A stretch of 64,000 nt of DNA from Anaerolineae bacterium. Lineage in GTDB: Bacteria > Chloroflexota > Anaerolineae > Epilineales > JAHCIE01. Within the stretch, counting starts at the first letter, position 1, and each line of letters opens with the position of its first letter. Under the pieces are notes generated by a model. It had not been told where the DNA came from. It did not search any database and saw only the letters and a list, made by a program, of their open reading frames with translations. The translations under genes were made by a program, and so were the position numbers. The DNA is taken from NCBI GenBank assembly GCA_026129165.1, contig JAHCIP010000002.1:6761-70760 (forward strand). Direction: 5' to 3'. Shown piece by piece: positions 27,835-38,000 of this stretch.

Positions 27835-28362
27835 TTGTTCGATAGCGTAGAGTGGGGCAAACTTCTCACACCCGATACACCGATCCTCGAAATCTTCGTG
27901 CGCGGCACCGTGATGTACCTCGGCCTATTCCTCCTGCTGCGCGTGGTCCTCAAACGCCAGTCCGGCGGCGTCGGCATCACCGACCTGCTGTTGATTGTGC
28001 TGCTGGCCGACGCGGCGCAGAACGCGATGGCCGGCGACTACACCTCCATCACGGATGGTTTCCTGCTGGTCGTCGTCATCGTCTTCTGGAGCTACGCCCT
28101 GGACTGGCTGGGCTATCACGTGTCGTTCATCCACCACCTGGTCCACCCCGAACCGCTGTTGCTCGTCAAGGACGGCAAGATGTTACGGCGTAATATGCGC
28201 CAGGAGTTGATTACCCAGGAGGAGTTGATGAGCGAGCTACGCGGCCAGGGCCTGGACGACATCGCGCAAGTCAAGGCGGCGCGCATGGAGGGCGATGGCC
28301 GCATCAGCATTATCAAGGTAGACGGCGAGCAGCACGAACAGCCAGAACGGAAGACCACGTAG
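27835..28362 (+). CDS. DUF421 (YetF-like) membrane protein
   Basis: A TM N-terminus followed by the conserved DUF421 region GITDLLLIVLLADAAQNAM ... LITQEELMSELRGQG. Confidence 0.6.
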   Translation: MFDSVEWGKLLTPDTPILEIFVRGTVMYLGLFLLLRVVLKRQSGGVGITDLLLIVLLADAAQNAMAGDYTSITDGFLLVVVIVFWSYALDWLGYHVSFIHHLVHPEPLLLVKDGKMLRRNMRQELITQEELMSELRGQGLDDIAQVKAARMEGDGRISIIKVDGEQHEQPERKTT

Positions 28363-28366
28363 TGGC

Positions 28367-29572
28367 TTAGTTCGCCGACGGAGTGGTGAGCGCCTGACCC
28401 TGCTCTGCCAACCGCCGCTGTAACTCAACGATGTTGACCCGCTGGACAGCTATCTGGTCGGCCGCGGCCAGACTAGCCGCCACCCCGGCCGCGTGGCCCA
28501 GGATCATGTACTGCGGCTCCATCCGCAGCGAGGCGAAGGCGATATGCGACGCTGACACGCACACCGACACCACCAGGTTATCGCACTGGTCATAGCGGGG
28601 CAAGAGGCAGCGGTACGGAATCGCGTAGGGGCGCACCGGGACGGAGAGATAACCCTCGTTGAAGGCCTCCGGGGAGAGTTGCATGGCGCGCGGCACCCAC
28701 AGCCACGTCCGCTGCACCTCGCGGATGTCAATATTATACGACCCCAGGCCAATCGAGTCGTACTTGACCCGGCGCTCCCCCAGGTCGGCCTGCGTCATGA
28801 CGTATTCCCCCTTCGCCAGGTAACGCCGCAGCAGTTCAAACTGGGCCGGGTCGTACCCGTCGGGTCTGGGGAAGGGAAGCTGGTTCTCCGGCCGCAGGGT
28901 CAAGCACATGCGGAAGCCATACGCCTGCACGCCCCCATCGCCCGCCCCTTCCGGGGCCAGCGGACGGGGGTGGATGAAGGGCAGCAACTGGGTGGTCGAG
29001 CCTTCGACAAAGGGGGAGACGGGCGCCCCAAAGTTATGCTGGTCGGGGCGGATGGGCTGGCGGCCAGCCCAACTCTCGCCATACGCAGCCACGCCCTCGC
29101 GGCCCACTGCGTAGCTGACGCCCGCCTGGGCTAACAGGTCGCCCTCGTAGCCGGCGTCAATGAACACCGACGCGGCGAAAACCTCGCCTGTCTCGACCTG
29201 AAGCCTGACAATCCGCCGTCCATCCTTGACGACACTCGCCAGACGGGTGTTGAAGAAGACCTCCACCCCGGCGATACGGAGCCAGTCACGCAGAATCTGC
29301 TCGGCCACATGGGGTTCCGGTCCGACATAGCCCCAGGTCTCCACGCCGTAGTGAGCCGCCACGCGGCTATAGAACTCCAGGGCCAACCCACCGATGACCG
29401 TTCGGTCCCCGAAATCAGTAAAGCCCAGCCCGCCGGACACCATGCCGCCGATATGCTGACGCGGTTCCAGCAGGGCGGTCCGGCTCCCCGCCTAGGCTGC
29501 CGCGATCGCGGCTATCGCCCCACTGGCCGTCCCCCCATAGACAATGACGTCATACTCGCACTGTGTTGCCAT
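28367..29572 (-). pseudogene. FAD-dependent oxidoreductase (FAD_oxidored family) interrupted by an in-frame amber codon at codon 27 (TAG, complement of 29494-29492)
   Basis: The minus-strand reading gives MATQCEYDVIVYGGTASGAIAAIAAA*AGSRTALLEPRQHIGGMVSGGLGFTDF... The GxGxxG dinucleotide-binding N-terminus and the rest of the protein are in the same frame, separated only by TAG. Confidence 0.6.
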
Positions 29573-29706
29573 CTATACCCCTTCCGCCTGGACAGGTATT
29601 GTAGTTAAGCCAAATTGTACCTACAACGCTGGCCCTTGACATCTCTTTCTGTTTGCCTATACTTTCCGCATCTAACAATTGTCTATGCTAATAGATAGGG
29701 ATACGA

Positions 29707-30216
29707 ATGATGAATGAACTTACCCATACCACAGCTCAGCACTTGCTGGCCCTGCTTCCCCGCCTGTCACATCGTCTACGCGACGCGGCTCAGCCCCACC
29801 AGATCACCGTCGGGCAGTTCCGCTGCCTGGCGCTCCTCTCGCGCGGGCCGACGACCCTGGGCGAGCTAGCCAACCGCTATGGCGTTTCCCCCCCGACCAT
29901 GTCCCGCATGGTTTCGGGCCTCGTCGAGCGCGGCTGGGTGTCGCGGGTCGAAGATCCGCTGGATCGGCGGGGGGTGCGCCTCGAAGCGCTACCGACCGGC
30001 CGCGCCATCTGTGAGGAAATGTTCGAGGATGCCCGCGAACAATTAGCTCAGTACCTGGAAGGACTAACGCCTGAAGAATTGGCCCACCTGCACCACGGGT
30101 TGCAGGCAGTGGCGCGGTTGACCGCCCAGACCGAGGGTGGCGTTTACCCGCTTGCGCTGCACTGTCGAGAGAGACAAGCCGCTACGGCTGACTTGCATGA
30201 AGTGGAGATGAACTAG
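29707..30216 (+). CDS. MarR family transcriptional regulator
   Basis: Winged-HTH LGELANRYGVSPPTMSRMVSGLVERGWVSRVEDPLDRRGVRLEAL. Confidence 0.8.
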   Translation: MMNELTHTTAQHLLALLPRLSHRLRDAAQPHQITVGQFRCLALLSRGPTTLGELANRYGVSPPTMSRMVSGLVERGWVSRVEDPLDRRGVRLEALPTGRAICEEMFEDAREQLAQYLEGLTPEELAHLHHGLQAVARLTAQTEGGVYPLALHCRERQAATADLHEVEMN

Positions 30217-30217
30217 C

Positions 30218-31984
30218 ATGAAGAGATTGCTCGTCTATTTGCAGCCCTATCAAGGCATCATCGCGGTTGTCGCCGTACTGGCGTTCGCCCAGGCGCTGGC
30301 TAACCTCTATCTGCCCACCCTGATGGCGGACATTGTAGACCAGGGTATCATCACAGGTGACACGGGCTACATCTGGCGCGTGGGCGGGCTGATGCTCGTC
30401 GTCGCCGTCTTCGCCACCGCCTGCGCCGTCGCGGGCGTGTTCCTCAGTTCGCGCACCGCCATGGGCTTCGGCAAGAGCCTCCGCGCCGCCATCTTCTCGC
30501 GGGTCGAGCAGTTCTCACTCCACGAGTTCGACACGCTCAGCACCGCCTCACTCATCACCCGCACCACCAACGACACGACCCAGGTGCAGCTTGTCGTTGC
30601 GCTCGTCCTGGGCATGATGATCACCGCCCCCGTCACCATGGTCGCCGGGCTGATTCTTGCCCTGCGCCAGGATGTCGGCCTGGCCTGGGTACTGCTGGTG
30701 AGCGTCCCCGTCCTCGCCGTGGTCATCGTGGCCCTCTTGCGACAGACCGTCCCCTTGTTCCGCCAGTACCAGGTCAAGCTGGACAAGCTGAACCTCGTGG
30801 TGGACGAGGGGCTGACCGGCGTGCGCGTCGTGCGGGCCTTCAACCGCGAGCGTCACGAGGAGGAACGCTTCGACGCGGCCAACCTCGACCTGACCAATCT
30901 GGCGATCACCGTCAACCGCCTGATGGCAATGCTCTGGCCGGTCATGATGCTCGTTCTGAATGTCACCAGCGTCGCCATCCTCTGGTTTGGGAGCATCCGG
31001 GTAGACGCGGGCGACTTGCAGGTCGGCTCGCTGATGGCGTTCCTCCAGTACGCCATGCAAATTCTATTCTCCCTGCTCATGGTCTCTTTCCTGTTTGTAA
31101 TGTTGCCCCGCGCCGAGGCCGCCGCGACACGTATCGCGGAAGTACTGGCGACTGAGCCGGAAATCAACGACCCGGCCACGCCTAAGCCGGCTGACGCCCG
31201 CCACGGCTGGGTCGAGTTCGATGATGTAACCTTCGCCTACCCAGGGGCGGAAGCGCCGGCGCTGTCCAACATCTCCTTCACCGCCGCGCCCGGCCAGACG
31301 ACGGCCATCATCGGCGGCACTGGCTCGGGTAAGACGACCCTGGCTAACCTGGTGCTGCGCTTCTATGATGTCGCCAGCGGCCGTGTCCTGGTGGACGGCG
31401 TGGACGTGCGCGAGATGACCCAGGCGGATCTGCGCCGCCGGGTCGGGTTTGTGCCGCAGCGCGCCGTGCTATTCTCCGGCTCCATCGCCGACAACATCCG
31501 CTACGGCAAGGAGGACGCGACGGATGAGGAGATTCACCAGGCCGCCGAGGTCGCCCAGGCCACGGAGTTCATCAATGAGATGGCCCAGGGCCTCGATTCG
31601 GTGATTGCGCAAGGTGGGACTAACGTCTCAGGCGGCCAGAAGCAGCGGCTCTCCATTGCCCGCGCCCTGGTACGGAAACCCGAAATCTATGTCTTCGACG
31701 ACAGCTTCTCGGCGCTCGACTTCAAGACCGATGCCAAGCTGCGGGCCGCCCTGCGGCGGGAAACCCAGGACGCGACAGTCCTGATTGTGTCGCAGCGCGT
31801 CAGCACGGTGATGACCGCCGACCAGATTCTCGTCCTGGACGAAGGGCGGCTGTGTGGAATTGGTACCCACCGCGACCTGTTAGAGACATGCGGCGTGTAT
31901 CGTGAAATCGTAACCTCCCAGCTCTCCAGCGCCGAAATCGCGGACGAGCTGGCGCGTGAGATGGAAGAGGCGGTGGCAGCATGA
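30218..31984 (+). CDS. ABC exporter, fused permease/ATPase (heterodimer subunit A, MdlA/YheI-like)
   Basis: 6 TM segments plus an NBD with GGTGSGKTT, LSGGQKQR and VFDDSFSALD. Confidence 0.85.
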   Translation: MKRLLVYLQPYQGIIAVVAVLAFAQALANLYLPTLMADIVDQGIITGDTGYIWRVGGLMLVVAVFATACAVAGVFLSSRTAMGFGKSLRAAIFSRVEQFSLHEFDTLSTASLITRTTNDTTQVQLVVALVLGMMITAPVTMVAGLILALRQDVGLAWVLLVSVPVLAVVIVALLRQTVPLFRQYQVKLDKLNLVVDEGLTGVRVVRAFNRERHEEERFDAANLDLTNLAITVNRLMAMLWPVMMLVLNVTSVAILWFGSIRVDAGDLQVGSLMAFLQYAMQILFSLLMVSFLFVMLPRAEAAATRIAEVLATEPEINDPATPKPADARHGWVEFDDVTFAYPGAEAPALSNISFTAAPGQTTAIIGGTGSGKTTLANLVLRFYDVASGRVLVDGVDVREMTQADLRRRVGFVPQRAVLFSGSIADNIRYGKEDATDEEIHQAAEVAQATEFINEMAQGLDSVIAQGGTNVSGGQKQRLSIARALVRKPEIYVFDDSFSALDFKTDAKLRAALRRETQDATVLIVSQRVSTVMTADQILVLDEGRLCGIGTHRDLLETCGVYREIVTSQLSSAEIADELAREMEEAVAA

Positions 31985-33942
31985 GCGAGATGCGACGACG
32001 ACAGCAGCAGCAGGGCGGGATGATGGGTGGCCCAGGGCGAGGCGGGCCAGGCTTCGCGATCGGCCGCCCCGTGGAGAAGGCCAAGAACTTCCGAGGCACG
32101 CTCAAGCGGCTGCTCAGCTACTTCTTACCGGAGAAGACCCGGCTTGGCGTGGTGTTGGCGACAGCCATCCTGGGCACGGTCTTCAACATCGTCGGCCCCA
32201 AGATTCTGGGCCTGGCGACTACCCGGCTCTTCCAGGGCCTGGTCGCCCGCTACCAGGCCCTCGCGGCCAAGCAGACCCCGGCGCCCATTGACTTCCCCTA
32301 CATTGGCCGCGTCCTGCTCATCCTGTTGGGTCTGTACCTGGTGAGCGCGCTCTTCATGTACATCCAGCAGTACACCATGGCCGGGGTGGCCCAGCGAACC
32401 ATGTACCGCCTGCGCAACCAGGTGGAGGGCAAGCTCAACCGCCTGCCGCTGAAGTTCTTCGACTCCAAGACGCATGGCGAAATCATGAGCCGCGCCGTCA
32501 ACGACATGGACAACCTCAGCTCGACCCTCCAGCAGAGCGTCACCCAGCTCATCACCTCGGCGGTGACGCTCATCGGCGTGCTGATTATGATGCTCACCAT
32601 CAGCCCGCTGCTGACCCTGGTCGTCCTCGTCACCCTGCCGCTGAGCATCTTCGTGACGACGGGTATCGCCAGGCGCTCGCAGACGTATTTCCGCGATCAG
32701 CAAAAGGCGCTGGGCGAACTCAACGGCCATGTCGAGGAGATGTACGCTGGCCACAAGATTGTCAAGGCCTTCGGACATGAGGCCGTCTCGGTGGCCCAAT
32801 TCACCACCCTCAACGACAAGCTCTACGACGCCGCGTGGCGGGCGCAGTTTGTATCGGGCAGCATCATGCCGCTGATGCGCTTCGTCGGCAACATCGGCTA
32901 TGTCTTCGTCGCCGTGGGCGGCGGCATTATGGTCACCCGTGGCTCCATCGTCATCGGCGATGTCCAGGCGTTTATCCAATACGCCCAGCAGTTTACCCAG
33001 CCCATCACCCAACTCGCCAACTTCGCCAACGTCATCCAGTCGGCGGCCGCCTCGGCCGAGCGCGTCTTCGAGTTGCTGGACGAGCCGGAGGAAGTGGCGG
33101 AGGTGGCCCAACCCGCCGTCATCCGCGAACCGCACGGCGCGGTCCAGTTCGACCACGTTCGGTTCGGCTACTCGCCCGACAATATCCTGATGCAGGACAT
33201 GAACATCAACGTCGAGCCGGGCCAGACCATCGCCATTGTCGGGCCAACGGGCGCGGGCAAGACGACGCTGGTCAACCTGCTGATGCGGTTCTACGAGGTC
33301 AACGGGGGACGTATCCTCATTGACGGGGTGGACATCACGCAACTGCGGCGGGGCGACCTGCGCTGCCGGCTGGGCATGGTGCTCCAGGATACCTGGCTGT
33401 TCCACGGCTCCATCCGCGACAACATCGCCTATGGCCGTGACGACGCCAGTGAGGAGATGATCGTGCAGGCGGCCAAGGCGGCCGACGCCGACCACTTCAT
33501 CCGCACCTTACCTGAAGGGTACAACACGGTACTCAACGAGGAGGCGAGCAATATCTCCCAGGGGCAGAAGCAGCTTCTGACCATTGCCCGCGCCTTCCTG
33601 GCCGACCCTGAGATTCTCATCCTGGACGAGGCAACAAGCAGCGTGGACACGCGGACCGAGATGCAAATCCAGCAGGCGATGCGCGAGTTGATGAAGGGGC
33701 GCACGAGCTTCGTCATCGCTCACCGTCTGTCCACCATCCGCGACGCGGACCTGATTCTGGTGATGAACCACGGCACGATCATCGAGCAGGGCACGCACAC
33801 CGAACTGCTCGCCAAGAACGGCTTCTACGCCGACCTGTACATGAGCCAGTTCCGCCACCAGGAGCAATTGCTAGACCCCGAGCTGGCGACGGTGCGCCCT
33901 GGCCCCCGGCCGATGCCCATGCGCGCGACGGTCGGGGTCTGA
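31981..33942 (+). CDS. ABC exporter, fused permease/ATPase (heterodimer subunit B, MdlB/YheH-like)
   Basis: GPTGAGKTT, ISQGQKQLL and ILDEATSSVD. Overlaps the upstream partner by ATGA. Confidence 0.85.
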   Translation: MSEMRRRQQQQGGMMGGPGRGGPGFAIGRPVEKAKNFRGTLKRLLSYFLPEKTRLGVVLATAILGTVFNIVGPKILGLATTRLFQGLVARYQALAAKQTPAPIDFPYIGRVLLILLGLYLVSALFMYIQQYTMAGVAQRTMYRLRNQVEGKLNRLPLKFFDSKTHGEIMSRAVNDMDNLSSTLQQSVTQLITSAVTLIGVLIMMLTISPLLTLVVLVTLPLSIFVTTGIARRSQTYFRDQQKALGELNGHVEEMYAGHKIVKAFGHEAVSVAQFTTLNDKLYDAAWRAQFVSGSIMPLMRFVGNIGYVFVAVGGGIMVTRGSIVIGDVQAFIQYAQQFTQPITQLANFANVIQSAAASAERVFELLDEPEEVAEVAQPAVIREPHGAVQFDHVRFGYSPDNILMQDMNINVEPGQTIAIVGPTGAGKTTLVNLLMRFYEVNGGRILIDGVDITQLRRGDLRCRLGMVLQDTWLFHGSIRDNIAYGRDDASEEMIVQAAKAADADHFIRTLPEGYNTVLNEEASNISQGQKQLLTIARAFLADPEILILDEATSSVDTRTEMQIQQAMRELMKGRTSFVIAHRLSTIRDADLILVMNHGTIIEQGTHTELLAKNGFYADLYMSQFRHQEQLLDPELATVRPGPRPMPMRATVGV

Positions 33943-33955
33943 GGCTGGGCCGCTC

Positions 33956-33994
33956 ACCTCCCGAAGGCTTGCAACCTTCGGGAGGTTTTTTATT
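33956..33994. terminator. Rho-independent terminator (acctcccgaagg-cttgcaa-ccttcgggaggt then TTTTTTATT), bidirectional between the ABC exporter and corA
   Basis: A perfect 12-bp GC-rich stem followed by a T-tract. Confidence 0.7.
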
Positions 33995-34000
33995 AGGCTC

Positions 34001-34981
34001 TTACAGCCAGCCAGCGCGTCTGAACGACTGGTAGAGGAGGATGCACAGCCCAAACGTAAGGCCGACAACCAGCGGGTAGCCGAAAGGCCAATTCAGCTCG
34101 GGCATGAATTGGAAGTTCATGCCATAGATGCCCGCCACCATCGTGGGTACCGCAATAATGGCCGCCCACGCTGCCAGGCGCTTCATGACCTCGTTTTGGT
34201 TGATCGAGATGAGTGAGAAGTTGGCTTCGAGCGTCGTCGTCAGTAACTCCCGCAGGGTATCCACCATCTCGGTCATGCGCAGAGCATGGTCATACACGTC
34301 GCGAAAGTACACTCGCGTCGTCTCGGCCACAATCGCGTGGTCGAAGCGCGTGAGTTGGTTACACATCTCAACCACAGGCGAGATGGCCCGTTTCACCTGG
34401 AGCAACTCCCGCTGGAGATAGTAGATGTGAGCCGTCGTGTCGCGGCTAAAGGTCTCGCCGAAGAGTTTTTCCTCCAGGGCTTCCAGGTCCTCTTCAAGAG
34501 CGTAAACAACAGGAAAGTACTGGTCCACGATAAAATCCATCAGCGCATAGAGGGCGAAGCCCGGCCCCTGCTGAAGCAGGAACGGCGACGCCTCCACCCG
34601 CGCCCGCACCTCGGCGTAGGATTGGGACGGACCGTGACGCACGGAGATCAGGTAGCGCGCGCCCACAAAGACGTGAGTCTCCCCAAAACGGACATGGTGG
34701 GCCTCGTCTTCGAGTTGGACAGTGCGCATGACGATAAAGAGGCAATCGCCATAGCGTTCGATTTTGGGTCGTTGGTGGGCGCGATGCGCATCTTCAATCG
34801 CCAGATCATGCAGTCCGAATTCCTGCTGGAGTTGCTTGAGCAAGCCCTCATCCGGCTCATATAGCCCGATCCAGATGAACACATCGGGCTGCTGGAGCCA
34901 CTCGCGGATGTCTGGAAAGTGGACTTCTCCGATGCGGCGTCCATTGGCATAGGCCACGCTGTTAACAATTCCTGGCTCCAT
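34001..34981 (-). CDS. corA: Magnesium/cobalt transporter CorA
   Basis: GMN motif (YGMNFQFMPEL) and two C-terminal TM segments. Confidence 0.85.
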   Translation of the reverse strand: MEPGIVNSVAYANGRRIGEVHFPDIREWLQQPDVFIWIGLYEPDEGLLKQLQQEFGLHDLAIEDAHRAHQRPKIERYGDCLFIVMRTVQLEDEAHHVRFGETHVFVGARYLISVRHGPSQSYAEVRARVEASPFLLQQGPGFALYALMDFIVDQYFPVVYALEEDLEALEEKLFGETFSRDTTAHIYYLQRELLQVKRAISPVVEMCNQLTRFDHAIVAETTRVYFRDVYDHALRMTEMVDTLRELLTTTLEANFSLISINQNEVMKRLAAWAAIIAVPTMVAGIYGMNFQFMPELNWPFGYPLVVGLTFGLCILLYQSFRRAGWL

Positions 34982-35047
34982 GACTCTTCTCCAGCGAAGC
35001 GGTAGAGCTATCTCTATCTTTGTATTACCGCCGAGGTCAGCCTAGAT

Positions 35048-38000
35048 CTAGGGTTCTGGCGTCGTGGCGTCGGTAGGTCCGACCAAAACAATATGAGGCA
35101 GGTACAGGTGTGCGACGATATGTTGCGGGTCAAGGGTAGGTAGAGGCGTATAGGTAGGTGTCGGTAAGGGGGTCAGGGTCGGCGAACGCGTGGCCGTCGG
35201 CGTAGGCGCTGGCTCGACATAGCTGAAGAGTAACACTTTGGTTTGGGCAACCGACACCTGGTAGAAATTATCAGACAGGACGAGGATACTCCCCGCCGGC
35301 GCACTATAAACACTCGTCCAGCCGCCGGGTGGAGGCGGCGAGGTAAGAATGCGGTAATCGCCATTGACGAGATCCAGGTCTGGGAAGCACACCGGCTCGG
35401 TCTCGGACCCGGTAAAGGCATATACAGGCGTGAGGAGGTCGTCGGCGAGGTCCAAAACGGCAAAGGAGGCGCCGACGATAGCCGGCTCGCCAAGCTCCCA
35501 GAGGCCGTTGGCGTTGGTATCGCGGCTGATGAGGACGCAGAGACCACGTAGAGCTACTGTTGGCGTTGGCGTGAGCGTGGGCGCCGCGGTGGCCGTCGCT
35601 GTCGCTGTCGGGGTTGGGGTGGTGACCGTGGCGGTAGCGGTGTCGCCGGGTGACGGGCTAGCAGTCACCGTGTAGGTAACGGACAGCAGGGGTGTCGAAG
35701 AGGCGGATGCGGTCCGTGACGGGGACACTGTGGGGGTGGGGGATAAGGCCACCGTGGCGGTCAGCGTGGATGTCAGGCTGGGCGGCAGAGTGACGGAAGG
35801 CGTGGAGGTCAGGGCACGCGTCGCCGTCGAAGTGGCCGTGGCCGTAGCGGTCACCGAGGCCGAAGGCGAGGGGGAAGGTGTACTCGTTCGAGTGAACGTC
35901 GGCGTGCTGGTCGGAGTAGAAGTCGCCGTCGCCGTGGCAGTCGCCGAGGGCGACGGGGTAAACATAGGAGTGGCCGTATGGGTCCGAGTGGGTGTGGGGG
36001 TCGCGGTGGCCGTGGCGGAGGGCAACGGGGTGAGAGTGGGGGTAGTCGTCGCCGTGGCGGTCTGCGTTGGAGCATATGTCGGGGTAAAAATCGGCGTCTC
36101 GGTGGGAGTGAGCGTGTGGGTCGGTGAGAGCGTGGGCGTGGGTGTGCCAACCCGTAGGATAGCAGGGCTGATCGAAATCGTATTCACCAGCCCCCGCTCA
36201 TCGGTATACTCGACATTACCGATCACCGTGACCGGAAATACGCCCAGGCTAGTCGGTGTGATTTGGAAGCTAATCTGGGCCGGCGTGTCAGTGAGCGCGG
36301 GCAGATACCAGCCCACGCCGCCGGCGATACGGAAAGAGTCCAGGGTACTGCTCTCAAAGCGCACTGGATTGGCGAGCAGGTTACGCACCGTGATCTTGCG
36401 GGCCGTCACGCGGTTGAATCGGGTTCCTAAGTCCGTCAGGGCGGCGGACAAGGCGGTCGCATTGGGTACCACCTGATAGCTGTTGGGGGAGGCGGCGAGA
36501 CGCAGCAGCGGCGTATCACTGCGGCCGCCATAGGCCAGAACATGGACCCATGCGCCCTTGGCCTGAAGAGTACGCGCTATGTGGAAGAGGGCGACCGGCT
36601 CAGTGTTGCCATCGGCGAGGAGCACCACCCCCGGCACGGCCGCTGGCCGGCCCCGCGCCGCCAGTTCTGCCTGGATGAGATCGAGCACAGCGGCCGGGTG
36701 GCCCGCCTCGGCCAGGGCGACGTTACGCAGGACGGGCACTGCTGGGGATGGGGGGCCGCTCAGTTGGACGGCGAGTATTGGGTTGGGATTGTCGAGGGTT
36801 AGTCCCAGCCGATGGCGGTTCATATCCAGCCCGTCCACCATAGCCTGCACCGCGTCGGCGATGGGGCCTGTCTCCTGGGGGCGTTCCTGGGCAACGCTCA
36901 GGCCCAGCATAATATCGGCCGGGATGGTGTCGCCACTACACCGCCCTTGTAGGGTCAACGTCACCGTGACCGGTTGCCCCACAATGGCTGTCGGCGGGTC
37001 CAGGCTCTGCTCGGCCTCGACGCGGCAGCGCCCTGGCGCTGGCGTAGGAACGGGGGTCGAATTACCACCCGCGACCGGCGCGAAGGCCAGGACGAGGCCA
37101 TTGGCGCGGTCCAGCACGAAGGCCCGGCCGGTTTCACCGCCGGCCACAGCCGCAGGCAATGGCGGGTCGCTGCCCTGCTGAGGGACCGTGAACTCGGCTA
37201 GTAGCACACCGTCGGCGCGGTACTTACGCACTCGCCCATCATACAACAAGGCGTACATATCCCCCGCCGGGTCCAGCGTGATCTCCCGCGCCCCCCAGGG
37301 TTGTTCCAACAGCTGAACTCCGCGCAACTCACCCAAATCGTTGAGCGTTTCGACCTGCTGGCGTAGTGGGTCATTGGCGCGCAGCAGGTCATCGGGACCG
37401 ACACTGAGGCCGAGCGGCCAGAGCATGGGGGTCGGCGTGACCGGCGGGGCCAGGTCGCGGGTATCGCCAATGTCCAGGTTATAGCGGTTGAGGCGCGCCA
37501 GGCGCGGCGCGCCGCCGAAGAACAGGCGTAACCCGGCCTGGTTGGTCAAGAAAGTGACGCCGCCGGCCTCGCCCGACTGGGTGTAGCGGTTCGTCTCGAC
37601 GTTGACATCACTGATAATCTGGAAAGCCCCGGTTAGCCCCAGGTAGAGACGGCGCTCCTTCACGTACAGGTTCTGAACCTGACCAAGCCACTTATCCCAG
37701 GTACGAGTTTCGAAGAGAGCGCCCGTCGTATTGAACACACGCACATAGTCGAGCAAGCGGCCTGGTGCGGGCTGGCCGTCGGCCACGTAGAGCAGGTTGT
37801 CGGCATACGCCAGAGCCGACGGCCAGCGCAGCCCCTCCCCCTGGCTCATGGCATTCGTCCAGCGGTCGCTGATGCCGTCATTTAACCCGAAGCGCAACAC
37901 CCCGTGCCCCCAGCCGCCGCCTAACACTGCATTCGGCGGCCGGCCCTCCGTGAGGTAGACCGCATCCCGGACGGCAATACCCGGCACCGTCAATTGAGGC

